64,000 nt of DNA from Magallana gigas (GCF_963853765.1 NC_088856.1:9362001-9426000); one strand, 5' to 3'; numbered from the stretch's first letter, positions 1 to 13,300 are shown. The notes: a model not told the origin generated them from the letters alone. A program made the numbers and translations.

Positions 1-67
1 CAACCAAATACCGAAAACCTACAGGGGTTGTGCATTGCAGACATGAAAAGTACCTTGGAGATAATAT

Positions 68-720
68 TGAATCAAAGCACTGAAGTGCAAGAGGAAGTTG
101 ATTTTATCGATGATTATACATTTTAAAATCAACGATATGTTATTTTGCATGGCGAGTAGTTTCTATAGGTATTTGAATTAAGCAAATTTTTAAAATATGA
201 ATTCTCTGACAAGAATTTCGTGAAAACCCCTGATGAATCATGTTGTGTAATATTTAAAGAATTTTAAAATTCCACGTACGATCTACGTATCAGTAATTAA
301 AATATTTCTAGGAAATTGTAAGGACTCAAAGGAATATTAAACTTTTGTCTTGTCCAACTAGACGCTTGGCTTTCTCCTTTAATATACTTGTTGGAGATTT
401 ATTGAGTCAGCCGAACGCCTGGTTAAACAAGACTACATTTAACTCTGGCGTAGGAATACATACTACTTCAAAAATATTTAATATCTTCGTACTATTTAAC
501 AACATGGTATTTTTTTATTTTTGAAAAAAAAACCAATACTTTAGAATGCATTACACCGAATTTATAGATTATTTTCAAGAACTAAGTGTTGTCAGCGCTG
601 TTGATTTGTGCTTAGGTCCAAACACTGTTTCACTTCTGTTTTGACTGAAAAACTGCATAGGAGAGTTGATTGAAATAAAATCCCTAAAATTGTGCAAGAA
701 ACCAAAAACTTCAGAATAAA
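68..720 (+). repeat. Dispersed ~650-bp repeat with central palindrome, copy 1 (degenerate, internally shortened hairpin at ~346-435)
   Basis: Blocks such as gaatttcg(t/a)gaaa(a)cccc..gaatcat.ttgtgtaatatttaaaga and gtgcttaggtccaaaca..gtttcactt..ggagagttgatt recur at ~23248-23890 (+) and ~14050-14700 (-). Boundaries approximate. Confidence 0.75.
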
Positions 721-1124
721 TAAAAGATGTCATTTTCTTATCATAAATCTCTCTAAGAAATGTATTTTCGTGTTAATTTTTCTTGGTACAAAAAGGAAGG
801 TATGAAAGAAGACATCGATCTGAAAGGTGTTGCCATAAATTTATTTTATTAGCTTTCACATATGTGCATTTATTTTTAAAGTGAACAAACATGATGGAAA
901 CGACAACTTGCAATAGTCAATTCAAAATGCAGAAAATTATGGCACTTGTTCAATTTAAGTTGTCACTTTATCACTTCTAATAGATTTTAGTTTTCTCTTG
1001 ATTACTTTCTTCTTTCGAAGAAAACGCATTAGATTACTTAACATTTTTTTTCTCTCTAAAACCTATTAATGTATCAATAATATGATTACTTCTTGTAAAT
1101 ATAGTTAATAAGAACTTAACGTAC

Positions 1125-1260
1125 ACTATCAATTGTAGCGTTAGGCAGTGCATCACAGATAGACACACACTCCGGACCACTTGACCATCGACATCTTACA
1201 TCATCACCATCAGCATCAACAACCGGGATAAGAATCTCATTTCGACAACCATATTGCATT
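1125..1260 (-). CDS. Sib-like/integrin beta-like secreted or cell-surface protein, exon 4 (last visible; gene continues off the left edge or next exon not found)
   Basis: Acceptor ttaatacag|a, reads (R)MQYGCRNEILIPVVDADGDDVRCRWSSGPECVSICDALPNATIDS, donor gtacgt. Phase 2 in matches exon 3. Confidence 0.85.
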
Positions 1261-1319
1261 CTGTATTAAAATAATTCAATTCTAAGATTGATTCGAGTCT
1301 GTTGAATATTTACTTAGTA

Positions 1320-1321
<2 letters not shown>

Positions 1322-1383
<62 letters not shown>
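1322..1383. repeat. (GA)n microsatellite in intron 3 of the minus-strand gene
   Basis: About 31 perfect GA units. Confidence 0.98.
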
Positions 1384-1386
<3 letters not shown>

Positions 1387-1522
1387 GGTTTTAAATAGTT
1401 CAAATATACTGACCGTTGACACAGCAAACAGAAATACTAACAGTATGATAAACACATGGATCAAGGGAAGTGTAATCGTTAGAAAATTACTAAGACACTA
1501 AATTGAATAATGTTATCAGAAC

Positions 1523-1663
1523 CTGTAAGATGGCTTGCCGGTTGTGACAGGGCTGGTGTTTGGCTGACTCGTGTCATTTCTTCTTGCTAGGTTTACAACA
1601 GTTCCTATGGACCAGCGCCCTGGGGAACCATAACTAAGAGTCACCCAATCACCTCCTGTAAAT
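1523..1663 (-). CDS. Sib-like protein, exon 3
   Basis: Acceptor aaaaag|a, reads (E)FTGGDWVTLSYGSPGRWSIGTVVNLARRNDTSQPNTSPVTTGKPSY(R), donor gttctg (weak). 141 nt, phase 2 to 2. Confidence 0.8.
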
Positions 1664-1771
1664 CTTTTTAAGGTATAAGTAAAAAATTTAAAAATAAGAT
1701 ATATTCACTGTATGTTTCTTTGATTATAATTTTCTGTATAAATGGTCTTATCATTTTAGCTTGTCACTTAC

Positions 1772-2016
1772 TCTACATTAAAAGGACCAATCCCCGGAAA
1801 AGTATAAGTAAATGTTTTCTCTCCTTGCTCCCAATTCTCTAACTGACTGGCACCAGTACATATATAGTTTACGTTAGCGATGTTTACAGTTGAACCACAA
1901 CCACTTGTGCATTGCCAATAAGAAATGTTCATTCTAGTCACCAGTTGTCCAATTTTTGATGCTGTACATCCTGGTCCTTGACCGTATGCCCATCCAAGTT
2001 TAAACGAAAATTGTAC
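1772..2016 (-). CDS. Sib-like protein, exon 2
   Basis: Polypyrimidine tract plus catcag|GTA, 245-nt open frame VQFSFKLGWAYGQGPGC...WQCTSGCG...ICTGASQLENWEQGEKTFTYTFPGIGPFNV(E), strong donor gtaagt. Confidence 0.88.
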
Positions 2017-2177
2017 CTGATGGCAATGACAATAAAGTAAAGTAAAGTGCGTTGAATTAATTTTTACATGTAGTAGCTTGGTTAACCTGTTCTACCTTAT
2101 ATATACATTAATGACATTTACATGCATATCTAAACATTTTAAGAAGTTCACACAAATCTGTCATACACAGGATATAC

Positions 2178-2294
2178 CTCATTGCCATTGCCAGTGGGTT
2201 TCCAACTTATTGTCCCTCCTCTAAAGTGACTTGCGTTTACAAAAGTGAATAGAATGAGAAAAATACAAAAACATTTTATGTCAGCCTCCAACAT
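2178..2294 (-). CDS. Sib-like protein, exon 1 (signal peptide + SHFRGGTISWKP)
   Basis: ATG at 2294: MLEADIKCFCIFLILFTFVNA|SHFRGGTISWKPTGNGNE, donor gtatat, phase 0 matches exon 2. The SHFRGG start is recalled from invertebrate proteins annotated as integrin beta-like (Dictyostelium Sib-related). Confidence 0.85.
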
Positions 2295-3315
2295 CTTTCA
2301 TGTATTTTTTCCTGACTATGAAATTTTCGTAAAAGCGTTGGCTTTTATATTAAACAATGACGTTCTTTCGAGTTAATTAACAAGACTTTAAACTTGAATT
2401 TCTTGAGAGTAGTAAGTGTTCTGAAGAAGAAATTATTAAGGAAACACTCGTTTTTTTTTTCTTTTTTACGATATCGAATTCTGATTTCGTGTTTAGAGTA
2501 CATGATGATATATCAATCTGCTTAAGACAGCACTGTATGCCAAACATATACTGATTTGAGAATTTTTAAGTTTATAGAGTTAAAACTCTTATAATTATTG
2601 TTAAAATAAGCCATTGGTTTATATATATGTTATCAAAACGACAAAATTGAGGCATAAAATTTGTAGGGCATGTTAAAATCAAAGTGAACTCAAATCCCAT
2701 TTAATGCGTTACCACTTGTATCATTAACTGACGCCTTTGATGTAGAAGTAATTCTGGATTTAAGCCAAAAGTATATACGAATTCCATAAAATCAATGTGG
2801 ATTTATACATGTGATGTAGACTTTTGCACTTGTAAGATTAATGATTCCTCAACTTAGATTAGCGCACTAGAGAATTGATATGATACTGATTGTTACGTAT
2901 TGAAAACATGAAATAAATTCACATCATATAGATCCAAATGTTATCTATATTACAACGAAAATAAAATCCTTTCAACCTTTAGTAACTGCAAGGCCCATCA
3001 GCACTAAGAAACATTTGTAATAAAATTATTGAACCAGCAGGAGTTGTTTCTAGATATAAACTAGATGCTGTCATTAGACAGTAATACCCGCACCAAGTGT
3101 TTGCCCCGAAATAACACTGTTTTGTACCAATTTGATTAAAAATGAAGGCCACATGGAAGTTCCGGTAATACATTTAAAAATTGTAATTTTCATAACTGAA
3201 GGATGAGATCCCTTCTCATATGGTATCACACATGAGCAGCCTTTATGTGCAATTGGGGTTTAACTGTTTGCATGGGAATTTTAAGATAATCAATAACTTA
3301 ACATTTCTTGTCTTA

Positions 3316-3631
3316 CATGCACGTAGCATCAGGGGTGCCAGACACTTTTCCCACACTTTTTCTCGCAGCAACAATTTTTTTTTTAAATTTACATATATAA
3401 AAATGAATTATCATGGAGTTGGCCCCCACTTTTTTGGCGGTATGTAAAAGATTGATATTAAAATAAGGAAAAGAGGAGTGAAATTGAAGTTATATACTAC
3501 GCAAGCCCCCTACAAATTAGGATTTTGAAGATTTTGGGAAAGTTTTAATTTTTTCTTTTGCTTGTCAAGATTTTTGGATGAGTCTGCCCCCCCCCCCCAC
3601 CCCCACTTTCAAAAACGATGCTACGTGCCTG
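3316..3631. mobile_element. Complete MITE with ~15-bp TIRs and a putative 5-bp TSD
   Basis: Left catgcacgtagcatc, right gatgctacgtgcctg, flanked by tctta (3311-3315) and tctta (3632-3636). Partial relatives at ~8175 and ~16393. Confidence 0.75.
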
Positions 3632-3689
3632 TCTTAGAAAGTATAATGTCTATATAATCATTACAAACAAAATTAAATTATGCACCCTC

Positions 3690-3915
3690 ACGGCGGCGGT
3701 TGTCGGTGAAATGAAGAATAATGACCCCCGTAGAATAATGACCGGGGGTCATTTTTCGACGTAAAATAAATCTAAGCAGAAAAATGACCCCCGGTCATTA
3801 TTCTACGTAGATGAATGACCCTTTTGCCTGAAGAATAAGTGTCATTTTTATAAAAATGAGCACACTCCACATGAAGAAAAGTGACCCCTGTAGAATAATG
3901 ACCCCCTTGTAGATT
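3690..3915. repeat. Array of gaa(t/a)aatgacccc sub-repeats with local palindromes (probable MITE/foldback terminus)
   Basis: About six copies of the motif in both orientations, e.g. aataatgaccgggggtcatttt and aaaatgacccccggtcattatt. Confidence 0.6.
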
Positions 3916-4115
3916 TAAGTTTTTCAGTACATTTTTTTTTTATTATTTGTGAAATAGTCTTTACACTATTGTAATTTTATTGCTGCAGTTTACAGAAATT
4001 ATAATTCATATTCAAATAAACTTAAAGTGAAAGAAGGTTTTACTTTTTTGAAAATAAAAATCCCTCCGTTATAACAAGACATTGACGTATTGTATCGGGG
4101 TATATATACATATAT

Positions 4116-4379
4116 CTATGGTGTTCCGATAGGACCACTTCGACCTTAGTGCGAAGATGAAAAGTTGCAAAGGCAATAGTGTGAAGGCGAAGGAGCAAAA
4201 TTGCGACGACGAAGCGCCAAGATGTGATGTGTATGGTGCGAAGGTGAAGGAGCGATACTACTATCGCTCCTTCCCAACTTCGCACTCTGGCCTTCGCATC
4301 TTCGCACTATCGCCTCGCCTTTTTTGATTGCATTCAGCAAGTCTCGGTCGCTTACATGGAATTTAATGCAGGCACCGTA
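4116..4379. mobile_element. Palindromic non-autonomous element built from gcgaag/cttcgc sub-repeats
   Basis: Ends tatggtg...caccgta. Left half is rich in (g)cgaag, right half in cttcgc, with central gaaggagcgata/tatcgctccttc inversion. Confidence 0.55.
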
Positions 4380-7300
4380 CTCGCCAAGGTTTTCCAATTA
4401 ATCCAGGCTATCATTGGTACGCATGCGCTAGGCCATTGCACTTACTATGAATGTTTATTAATATTTTAATGTGTACATGTGACATATAAAAAATTATGTT
4501 TCCCAGTGCTAGGTATTCCTAATCATTATCTACTCCACACAATTTAATGTCTACCATAATGTGTACATATGCACTTCCAGACTCCTGTCACTTACCAGCC
4601 GTCTGTTTACCGTAGACGAAACATAGTAACATAATTAACTAATCGAAACCGGTATAGATTTTCCTTTCATTGCTTCAATATTTCAATTGTGTAACTCATT
4701 TATTTTCTTAGTATTAAAACTAATATAGTATTAATACTTTCTTTGTGTTTTTATTTTACAAATGTATTCCTTGGTATGAGAGGACGGGTATGGTTTAATT
4801 ATACTATCAAGCGAAAAAAAAAATGAATAGTTTAAATTTAAGTAACAAAAAAATTACTATTTTAAAAATCAAAATTGGTTTTAGTTATTCAAGAATTGAC
4901 AATGCCGTGTTTCAATTTTAGTTTGAATCCAAGGCATCAAAATTGGTTCATAGTTACTAGAAATGGTATGCACTTTTTAAATGAATGTTTTGTATTTGTT
5001 ATCTAAACGTGGTTGAACAATATTGCCATCGATATATTGAATTAGACAAATAAAAGTAACATATCGCATATTGCTTAAATCAAAATATTTCGAAAAAGTT
5101 CGATTCTTTCTCTTTTACAAGCAATCAAAATATTTAATTGGCAGGTACGAATATTTTTAGGGTTACCTATCTTAAATGTCAATATTTATCCAAAGTTTAG
5201 GTGGATTATAGCTCTTGATGGTCTTTAGATATTTCTATACAGATTTTGCTATCTTGAATATTAACAAGTAAGTTTAGATTTCCATTGCTCAAAAAGGATT
5301 CTGAATAGCAACTTTCCATACCAATCTAAACGTACAATCAAGATGAACAAAAATAATTAACTGGTTTAACAAGCTCAAGATCATCAATTTCTGCATAAAG
5401 GAAATTGGATGAAATTACAGTGTATCATTTCTTCCAAGGTGTTCGTGTGCCAACAATGCGAGTCGTGTTACAAATCTGAACAGACATTTAAAAAACCATA
5501 AATAGAATAATAGCCTTGAAACATTTCAATCATACTGCTTATCGTTTAGATTGGAATTTGTTAGCTCGCTGAATATAATGTGGCTTTCTTCTGAGTATTG
5601 AGTAATTTGAAAATTTTCCTTCTAAAAAATTAGTTGAAATAGAGTATTGCAAAGCATACACAAAATTGATAATGGCAAGTTCTTGAGATATAACAATATA
5701 TGAATGTCTTGCTCAATTTGTTTCTTTAAAATCTTTATAACAAACTAAATAATTATTTGCATGATATGTTTATCTACTCGTAGAAACTCCCTATTTTCGT
5801 TTTTAAAAATGTCAATAGAACTATCTTTAATTATGTATTATAGATTTCTTCCCATAACCACGTAAATTATTTTGTAAAAACAAAAGGAAAACACCTCTTT
5901 CTTTTTTCTATTTACTTTTTTTGGATAGAGATTAAAACCATAAAACAAATACCATCATTAAAGACAGAATTTGAGGTGATCAAATACAGACAGGGTGATC
6001 AAATCCAAGAAATCACGAAGCAATTTTAAGATATCAAGATATTCAATAATTAAATTTATTTGGATCATACGTTACCAAATTAATTCGTAGTGTTATCACA
6101 GACAAATAAACAGGGAACTGCAAAAAAAATTATAAGAATACTGTACATGTGTACATGTATTTGTCAACAAGATTAACATTTGATAAGGCAATTGTGTCTT
6201 GTTAAAAAAGGGGGAAAATACACCCCCCCCCCCCCCGCCCGGAACATTACACTGACAATGTACAGCATTATATTTTGGATACAAATTATGTGCAATAATG
6301 CTTGAATCGACCACAGAAAAGGGAAAATTGTTTTTATTTGCAAAAGTTATTATTATTATTGAATTGAGGGAACAGTAAACGGATACGTGTGTGGTTGTCT
6401 TATGCTGCATATATCATCCACGATGTTAACATAAAGGACTTTTAAATTATCGTTCGACCAATCGTTATGCAAGTCAAAGAGGCTGCAACTGACATATGCA
6501 AAATGGGGAATTTAAATCACAGAACAAAGAAAAGTGTAGGACAATGGTTTGTTTGTAGAAACATGTAGTTTGCATATGATTTAAGAGGTTGAATTTTTTA
6601 TGCATTGACGGCATACGAGTGCGCGGATTTGAAAGATTGAAACATGACGGTCAAAGATACAGAAACCAGGGCCGATCGGTATGCATGGATATCATGTTGC
6701 CACAAACCGTTTACAGTCGACCGCAAGTCATACGTATTTTTAACAAGGAAGGAAAATTGAGCCAGTTATAAATTAAAATATATGGGCTAATTCAACAAAT
6801 GATTCTTAGGATGTTGCGAATAAAGCATCTTTAAACTAGGTTCTATAAAAGTGCGAATCAATTGAGAAAGTTATTATAGTCCATTCAGCTTTTGAAAGTT
6901 CATTTCTCATTAAAAAAAAAAAAAAAGTATGAGCAGCTACTGAAATCAGACTGTCATTTTTCATATTAAATATTTGTCAACAGATGAAGACAATATATCT
7001 ATGCAGAGGTGGTTTACAAATCCCCGTCTTTCTCTCTAGGTATTTTTTTCTGCGTGTGTGTGTGTGTTAAAAAATCTATCCCAAATCAATAATATTGATT
7101 TTGTAATACATTTATTTCCCACTTTTGCCTGTCGAGTGAAATTGAATATGATTTTGAAAAAATAACTATACAAAGGATAATTATTCACTGAAATGCTACA
7201 CCACATTTTTATTTTTTGGATAGTTAAAATATCACTTCTAAACCATGATTTTGTTGTTCAAAGAAGGAATAATAATGCTGTCAATTATTTTATATGAGTT

Positions 7301-8174
7301 TTGTTTGTATCTTTATGAGAAAGTGGAAAATCTGTTTTGGCTGCATCTGACACACTTAAAGTTCAAAAGTTGTTGTGAGTTATATATACTTGTTGTTTCA
7401 ATATTTCTAGAGTTATTAAATAACAGTTCGCCACTTCTGATATATTCTTCGACAATTCAACAATCGGAGTTGACAATGTAAAAATTAATCCTTGGAAAAG
7501 CGGTAGGTTTCGTCTAACAATTTAGAAGATGCAATTTTAATTCCTTGATCGAATTGGTTTCTATTGGATTTTGATTGCCTGTGACTGACAAGGTCATTGT
7601 GCAAACGCAGGTAAACTCGGCTGATTTGTCAGTTTACGGTAAACAGACTAGAAGCATTGATCATGAACAATCGTAATTCCTATTTTTACATATTCGGAGA
7701 CAAGCTTAGCTTTTTTGTATCAGAGGTATACTAAAATTGTGCCAATCTATGCACTCCTTCAACAAGTGAGGTAACATTCCCTCGTCAATGTGCAGGCCAT
7801 TGATGTCCAAGGAAACACAAAGTTCCATATTTAGGCCTAATACGGCTGAGACTTACCATAGACCTAAGCTTTCAATTTTAATCTCTACATTATATGATAA
7901 AAGTTTATGAAATGCTTATCTGATGTTTTCATTATATACGCCGAATTCATTGTGTGATTTCAAGCCATTTAATATAACAGGTGATCGATAGATTATGTAC
8001 AATGCTATAAAGGGTATTTAAAAATTCCATTAATCGATTGAATATTATTTAAGATTAGAAATACATTTGAGATTGCAAAGATTTTTCCATTGAGTAAATG
8101 ATAATTTGTTTTCATTATTTTAATTCTTTAGCGTTAATAGTCCCAACTGGGGGACGAATAACTCTTTTTCAGGC

Positions 8175-8385
8175 AGACACGTAGCATCGGGGGTGGGGGT
8201 GCACGGGAAAGGGGTCATCCTTTTCTCTCGCAGCAAACAATTCCCCCTAAATTAATGTGTGAAATTAATATAATCACGGAGACGCCCCCCCCTCCACCAA
8301 AAAAAAATTAACGGGTTAGGAATTTCACATTTGTATTCGTTTTCTTCTCTTTCTTTTTTGAATTTTGCTTGTCGAATTTTTGCTA
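8175..8385 (+). mobile_element. Partial copy of the 3316-3631 MITE family
   Basis: Shares cacgtagcatcgggg, tctcgcagcaa and ttttgcttgtc blocks; right TIR absent. Confidence 0.55.
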
Positions 8386-8779
8386 CCTGACAGTCACGCA
8401 AAATTTTACATGTACTTATTAAAAAGTAACTTTACTTTTATAAGCATCTAGATACCTTTGGGTTTGAACAGTTACATCGGGGGGGTTAAAAAGACAATTT
8501 CTTTGCAATATCCGGGTACTTACCAACGCATACATTCGATTAATATATACAAATCCAGCTGGTGATATGTTTAGACCTTCACAATTTTTACCTTGCATGG
8601 AAAGACATTTAAACCCTGATGCAATAGAGTGTGTAAATCAGCTAAAAAAATATTATTTAGCATAGTGCTCTTGCTACAGGTTAAAAGCGGACGATACAAA
8701 TAATAATTTTTAAGAAAAGAGTAGAATTACAAAATGGTCATTGGTAATGCTAAACAAATCACAACTGGTTTCATCCGAT

Positions 8780-9345
8780 CAATAAATACAAAAGATTTTT
8801 TTTAAATATCCTGAACTCTGCAAATAGGGAATCTAATTGCCCGGTAAAAATAGAAGATATGTTTTATTTTTTTAAAAGTACCAATGAAGGTAGTCTTTCC
8901 GCTGATAGCGATACCCCGCTATGATAACATGTTTTTGAGCATAATGCATCTCCTTATAATACATTTTTAACTTTTTACAAGTTTTTATTAATGTTATACT
9001 CGATGGCGAAAAAGTGCCAGAAAAATGGTTAGTAGATAATATTAAACCCATATTCAAAAACAAGGATGACCTCCTTTTGCCGAAAAACTACCAACTCATT
9101 ACGCTACTAAAGCTGCTTGGGTAACTTATTTACATGCATTCAAGAAAGCGTTTGCAGTTGTACGTACATATATTCTAGAGAGATAGAACTGACTCATAAT
9201 AATAAAGCGGGTTTAAGAAAAAATGGTTTTTCTACTGCAAACCATATCCTCACTCTAAACTTTTTTAAATTCAATTCGTTCAAAAAGAGGCTTCTATGTG
9301 TTTATATGGAATTTTGGGAGGCGTTTAACACAGATTGAAGAATAG
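8780..9345 (+). mobile_element. Decayed non-LTR retrotransposon RT fragment (CR1/L2-like, RT domains 0-3)
   Basis: Frameshifted PEKWLVDNIKPIFKNK..KNYQLITLL(SCLGKLFT)..AGLRKNGFSTANHILTL..KRLLCVYMEFWEAFNT, matching W..A.IKPI.K..NYRPI.LL / QAGFR..ST.DHI / DF.KAFD. Confidence 0.75.
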
Positions 9346-10374
9346 TGGATGGCTTATGTATGTTATTCCTTGCGCAAAGCGAGACAACTCACAGCAATTT
9401 TCAGTGAGTTTAAAACTCATCACTAACAACACGTGTTATACTTCAAATCTTTTAAACATATAAAGTCTTGTTAACAAAAATTTTGATTCATCGACAGTAC
9501 TGAGTACATGGAACTTCCTGGCGATGCATACATCAATCCTAACATTTTGTAAGCTTGCAAACGATAGTTTTTTTCCTATCAATCCAAGGTCCTTAAACTC
9601 TAAAGAAATCCCATTCCAAAGATCATCAAATTCCTACTTATTGGAGGAGAGGGGATAAGGATAAGTAATATCTTTAAATTTTATTCAAGCGTTACTAAAT
9701 ACTGTTTAGTTATTAGATTAATTCAAGATGGTGAGGCGATGTGAACGTTGTGTTAAATAGGTAAGTGCTACACTTTTTATTGGCCTCTGTTTTGTAAAAT
9801 CATATCTCAAACAAGATTATTTATCGATAGATCAAATAAAACATTGATGTGTTGAGGAACCTTAAATCGAATTTTAGGCATTTATATTATTACAACCGTC
9901 CTTAGTTCAATTGGCCTGTTTTTTCATCTGGAATATTCATTCCACCATTTATCACCGAGTATTGGGTGATAATTCTTGAAGATGAAGATGATCTTTAACT
10001 TGAAATACATGACAGGAGACAGTGGTAAAGTTTAGGATTTTATTGGTTGTCGTCCGAGGAAGAAGTGTTCGTACAAACCAAAATGGCGTCCCCTGTCCGG
10101 CCCTGAATTATCTAATCTTATCACAATTACAAAATAAAACTTGATGAGCAATTTGCTTACCAGGTGACATCAAAAAGGATAAATTATCCTACGGCTGTAA
10201 CAGCAAAACTGAAGAAAAAGGAAAATCATTTAAGTTAAAATTAAGTCTGTTAAACGAGTTACTTTATCTTCTGGCTTCATTTGATTTGCGTGACACTAAC
10301 TGATTTCACGAATGTTCAAAGAAATCGGTATCATAATAAGAGGATGTATACTTGACAGAGTTCCACAGTGTGTT

Positions 10375-13300
10375 ATCGCCGAGGATTTGGCATTGGGGAT
10401 AAGCTCCCAGCGTCTACAAACTGCTCCTCGTGGCTTGCGCCTGGAGCTCTTATACCATCTGACAACGAAATTTAAATCCTAGCCCGCTCGTGTGGCTTGT
10501 AACAAGCCCAGCGGAACTGCTAATACTGATAGGAGAAGGGGCAACGGTGAGTTATCTGGCACCTAAAAACCAATGCTTTTGGTAGAAGAGGCTCACCTGT
10601 CTTGGAGGACCGCTCATCTAAGAGAAGGTAAACTCTGATTCAAACCTCCACTGCCTTGTAGCCATACCAACATGTGGAAAAGACTAGGTGAGAAAAAACC
10701 CCACCAATATTAAAAGCTAAATGGGGAGACTGTGATCAACATCCAAGGATAGAAAACAGTCTAGGAAGGAAATTCCAAAAATTAAACCCCCTTTCCTTGA
10801 AGTCATTAGAGATAGTTTTGATAAAGCAAGAAATAAAGACATGACGATACTTATGGGCAAGTTCAATGCAAAAAATTGGAGCTGACAACACTGGTTACCA
10901 TGAAGTCATGTGCACTCAAGGATTAGACCGTATGAACGCGAATGTTGAGATAGTTGCTGTCTTAACCAGCTTGTGATTGGAGGAAGCATCTTCCCCCACC
11001 AACGAATTAATAAGGTCAACTGGAGATTACTAGATCACGTAACAGAGAATCAGATTGACCACATCTGCATAAACAAGAGGTTTCGTAAAGCATGGAAGGA
11101 TGTCAGAGTGATACGAATAGCAGATAATCCATCAGACCATCATCTACTAACGACAGCTGTTAGACTCCGCCTCAGGAAGTTTAATAACATAACAAACAAG
11201 ATAAAAAAGTACAATGTCAGCCTCCTCAAGACCGAAGAAGTGAGGATAGCATTCCACATCAGCCTGTCTAACAAATTCCAACCATTACAAGACCAGCTAG
11301 AAAACACTGATACCAACATTCCAAATAAGGGGCAACATATCAGCAAGATGTGGCGTGGAACATGTAAAGAAGTCCTTGGAAGAAGACAGACTCAGCACAA
11401 AGAGAGGATATCTGCAGACATACTGTAAAAATAGATGTGGAGAAGGAAAAGAGAGCAGCGCCTAACAACAGCTGAACAAGAGCAGCAAAAGCTAACGCTC
11501 AGGAGGACTACACAACCTTAAACAAAGAAGTTTAAAAATACCAGAAAAGATAAACGTGATACTGTTATAAATGAAAAAAGTCATACTGACAATCTTGCCA
11601 AATGCAAACTAGCCGAAGAAGCAGCAGGACAGGAACACTTTAGGGAACTATAAATGGTCAAGGAAAAGCTCTCAAACAAATTTCAACAGAAACACAAGCC
11701 AGTAAAAGACAAAAAAAATAGGAACCCTCTTGCTACATCTAAAAAACAACTGAAGAGATGGGTAGATCATTATGAGGAACTATTAAAAAGACCAGAATCT
11801 GAAAGACCTCCGGACAAACAGCCATGCTACACTGACCCTGCGATCAACTATGACATACCAACAAAGCCAGAGATCAGGAGGGCAATCAGCACGCTCATGA
11901 ACGGGCCTGATGAGATACATGTACCAGCAGAAGCCGTCAAACTGATATTAAACATTTCTTATAATCCTGCATAACCACTTCAAGAAGATCTGGGAGAAAG
12001 AGAGTATTACAGAAAAATGAAAAGAATGTATACTTATCAAGGTGCCAAAGGAAGGAAACCCAAGGGAGTGCAGTAATTACCGGGTACTTATGCTCTTGTC
12101 AGTGCTAGGCAATGTCCTCAACAAGATACTTCTTGAAGGAATGAATAAGGCAGTCGACCCAAAACTCTGTTATCAGCAGGCTGGATTTAAAGCAACAGAT
12201 CTTATGCAGACCAGATAGCTAGCTTATGTATCACCAAACAATCATGGGAGTAGAATTCCCTACTTAATGCCAACTTCTACTTCGAGGAAACGTTTGGCAG
12301 TGTGGACAGACAGACTGTCTGGAAGATACTGAGGCACTATGAATTATCCGTGATAATTGTTTCCCTAATTTGTATCACATATCACACATCGTCAGGCATG
12401 AAATGAAGAAATACCCATGCTGGCCGGATGTCTGACAGTTTAAAGGCAAAACAGAAGTTCGACAAGGATGTCTTCAGTCGCCATTTCTCTTCCACCTTGT
12501 TATTGATTGGATTTCGAAGACTCTTACATCAGACAGGAGAAATAGAACACATTGGACACTCCCGACAAAACTTGACTACATGTACCTAGACTTTGCCGAC
12601 GACTTGGTTTTCCTTTCACAAACCACAATCAGATTCAGAACAAGACAACTCGGCTGGCAACTCAGCAGGAAATGGACTAAAGATCAACCTGAAGAAAACA
12701 GAATTTATTACGATAAACACTACTGCCCAGATACCAGTTAAAGTTATTGATAAGTCTATCAAAGAATTTGGTCCTACATCTACATCTGCATTTGCATTAG
12801 CCCCAGGCTACGGATCCTTAACTCAATCGTATTTTATGGAGCGGAAACCTCGAGGACTACAAAAACATCCTTGCAGAGTATATAGACCTTCTGCAACACC
12901 TGTTTCAACGCATCTTAAACATCAGGTGGCCGGAGATGATCTTAAATGTAGATCTGTGGAGGAAAGCAGGACAATAACCAATGGAGATACAAATAAGACG
13001 TCGGAAATGGGGCTTGATAGGACATAATTTGACGAAACCACCATCGAGCATTACACAACCTTATCTGGAACCCCCTGGACAAGAGGAAAAGAGGACGTCC
13101 AATAAACTCCTGGAGGCGGGAAGCAGCGGCGGAGCTACAGGCACTAGAAACGACCTAGAACGGTGGCGCCATAACAGAACCGTGTTCGTGGGAAGACAGA
13201 CTTTTGTTGATGGCATATGTTCCTAACGGAACGTCCAAGAAACCCCTGGGGCGGGATGCAGAGGCAGAGCTACAGGCACTAGATATGACCTGAAATAGTG

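Noticed and set aside
3-125. Stop-free plus-strand frame TKYRKPTGVVHCRHESTLEII..DDYTF*
   Set aside because: Positions ~68-170 align to the non-coding three-copy repeat (23248 and ~14600), and the other copies do not keep the frame.
1282-1464. ORF-track entries through microsatellites (also 29896-30147, 29951-30145, 57366-57599, 57989-58237)
   Set aside because: Open only because (GA)n or (GATA)n runs lack stops (SLSL, ERER, IYLS).
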